Assembly (NCBI GenBank): GCA_965113315.1
Contig: OZ220367.1
DNA length: 64,000 nt
Reading direction: 5' to 3' (one strand)
Origin: Podarcis vaucheri
Taxonomy: Eukaryota
Positions 62,651-64,000 of the stretch are shown here, in pieces. A program made the position numbers and the translations under genes. A model generated the notes under the pieces. That model saw only the letters and a list, made by a program, of their open reading frames with translations. It ran no database searches and was not told the DNA's origin. Numbering within the stretch: position 1 is the stretch's first letter; every line of letters starts with the position of its first letter.

Positions 62651-63003
62651 TATGGGGAAAGTGAGTCCACAGGTAGAAGTTTTAAATCATCCGAGTTTTT
62701 TCAGAAACAAAAAACAAAATAATACATCTGCATAGAAAAGCACCGGTACATTTTTTTGGACAACATGGCGCAACATTATGATTAATGTACTTCTTTGTTT
62801 TATACAGAAAGGTGTTTCATGGTGGTGATTTTGAGAAGCTACATATCAACGCTCTGCAGGTATCTGCCCCAATTCTGAGACCAGGATTTTTTGTATCAAT
62901 TAAAAATATAGTTGCCAGCTGGGTCAGACCAGTAGCCCATCTAAGTCCAATTCAAGGTGGCAACCCATTGAGGCTGTGAGTGGCTGCTTGGCTCAAGGTT
63001 ACC

Positions 63004-63818
63004 CCTTGACAGATTAGAGAACTGGGCCAAAACAAACAAGATGAATTTTAACAGGGAGAAATGTAAAGTATTGCACTTGGGCAAAAAAAATGAGAGGCAC
63101 AAATACAAGATGGGTGACACCTGGCTTGAGAGCAGTACATGTGAAAAGGATCTAGGAGTCTTGGTTGACCACAAACTTGACATGAGCCAACAGTGTGACA
63201 CGGCAGCTAAAAAAGCCAATGCAATTCTGGGCCGCATCAATAGGAGTATAGCATCTAGATCAAGGGAAGTAATAGTGCCACTGTATTCTGCTCTGGTCAG
63301 ACCTCACCTGGAGTACTGTGTCCAGTTCTGGGCACCACAGTTCAAGAAGGACACTGACAAACTGGAACATGTCCAGAGGAGGGCAACCAAAATGGTCAAA
63401 GGCCTGGAAACGATGCCTTATGAGGAACGGCTAAGGGAGCTGGGCATGTTTAGCCTGGAGAAGAGGAGGTTAAGGGGTGATATGATAGCCATGTTCAAAT
63501 ATATAAAAGGATGTCACATAGAGGAGGGAGAAAGGTTGTTTTCTGCTGCTCCAGAGAAGCGGACACGGAGCAATGGATCCAAACTACAAGAAAGAAGATT
63601 CCACCTAAACATTAGGAAGAACTTCCTGACAGTAAGAGCTGTTTGACAGTGGAATTTGCTGCCAAGGAGTGTGGTGGAGTCTCCTCCTTTGGAGGTCTTT
63701 AAGCAGAGGCTTGACAACCATATGTCAGGAGTGCTCTGATGGTGTTTCCTGCTTGGCAGGGGGTTGGACTCGATGGCCCTTGTGGTCTCTTCCAACTCTA
63801 TGATTCTATGATTCTATG
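63004..63818 (+). mobile_element. CR1 LINE 3' fragment, relatively young
   Basis: 201-aa uninterrupted ORF2 C-terminal stretch (63041-63646); (GATTCTAT)n tail. Confidence 0.92.
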
Positions 63819-64000
63819 GCTGAGTGGACCCTGGCTTGGTCGAAGACTATCACTGCACAACACTGCCTCTGCTTTGGATGCGGAAGATCTAAGGTTCAGT
63901 CACCAGTATCTCCAGGTATGGCTGTGAATGTTCAAACTCTGAAACTATGGTGGGCTGCTGTTAGTATAGATGCTGAGCTAGATATGGACCAGTGATCTGA

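Noticed and set aside
63041-63646. 201-aa protein-coding gene
   Set aside because: C-terminal part of CR1 ORF2 in a 5'-truncated LINE.

Overview
Vertebrate genomic DNA, most likely a lacertid lizard (inferred from Sauria/Squam-type SINEs). The minus strand carries the complete 9-exon coding sequence of MAEA (CTLH E3 ligase subunit; 46081 to 21236, 1191 nt = 396 aa, intron 7 is U12-type). It is followed by the first six coding exons of UVSSA (14821 to 7392; the rest lies outside the window). Each gene starts at a CpG island. The introns and flanks are dense in transposons: Sauria SINEs, Tigger/mariner-like and hAT MITEs, CR1/L2/L1/Penelope fragments, solo LTRs, a degenerate DIRS element and a PPIL3 processed pseudogene. 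The standout feature is a 3,981-bp composite Buster-family hAT transposon (47756-51736, perfect 8-bp TSD) about 1.7 kb upstream of the MAEA start codon. It has an intact transposase, two nested left ends, about 1.5 kb of extra sequence, and an apparent promoter-exon-intron cassette that could drive the transposase. Other oddities: a 17-unit minisatellite at the UVSSA promoter, a dual acceptor/donor site and candidate poison exon in MAEA intron 5, and a chain of + strand splice sites partly bracketed by inverted solo LTRs. Repeat family names are assigned by eye, not by database search.
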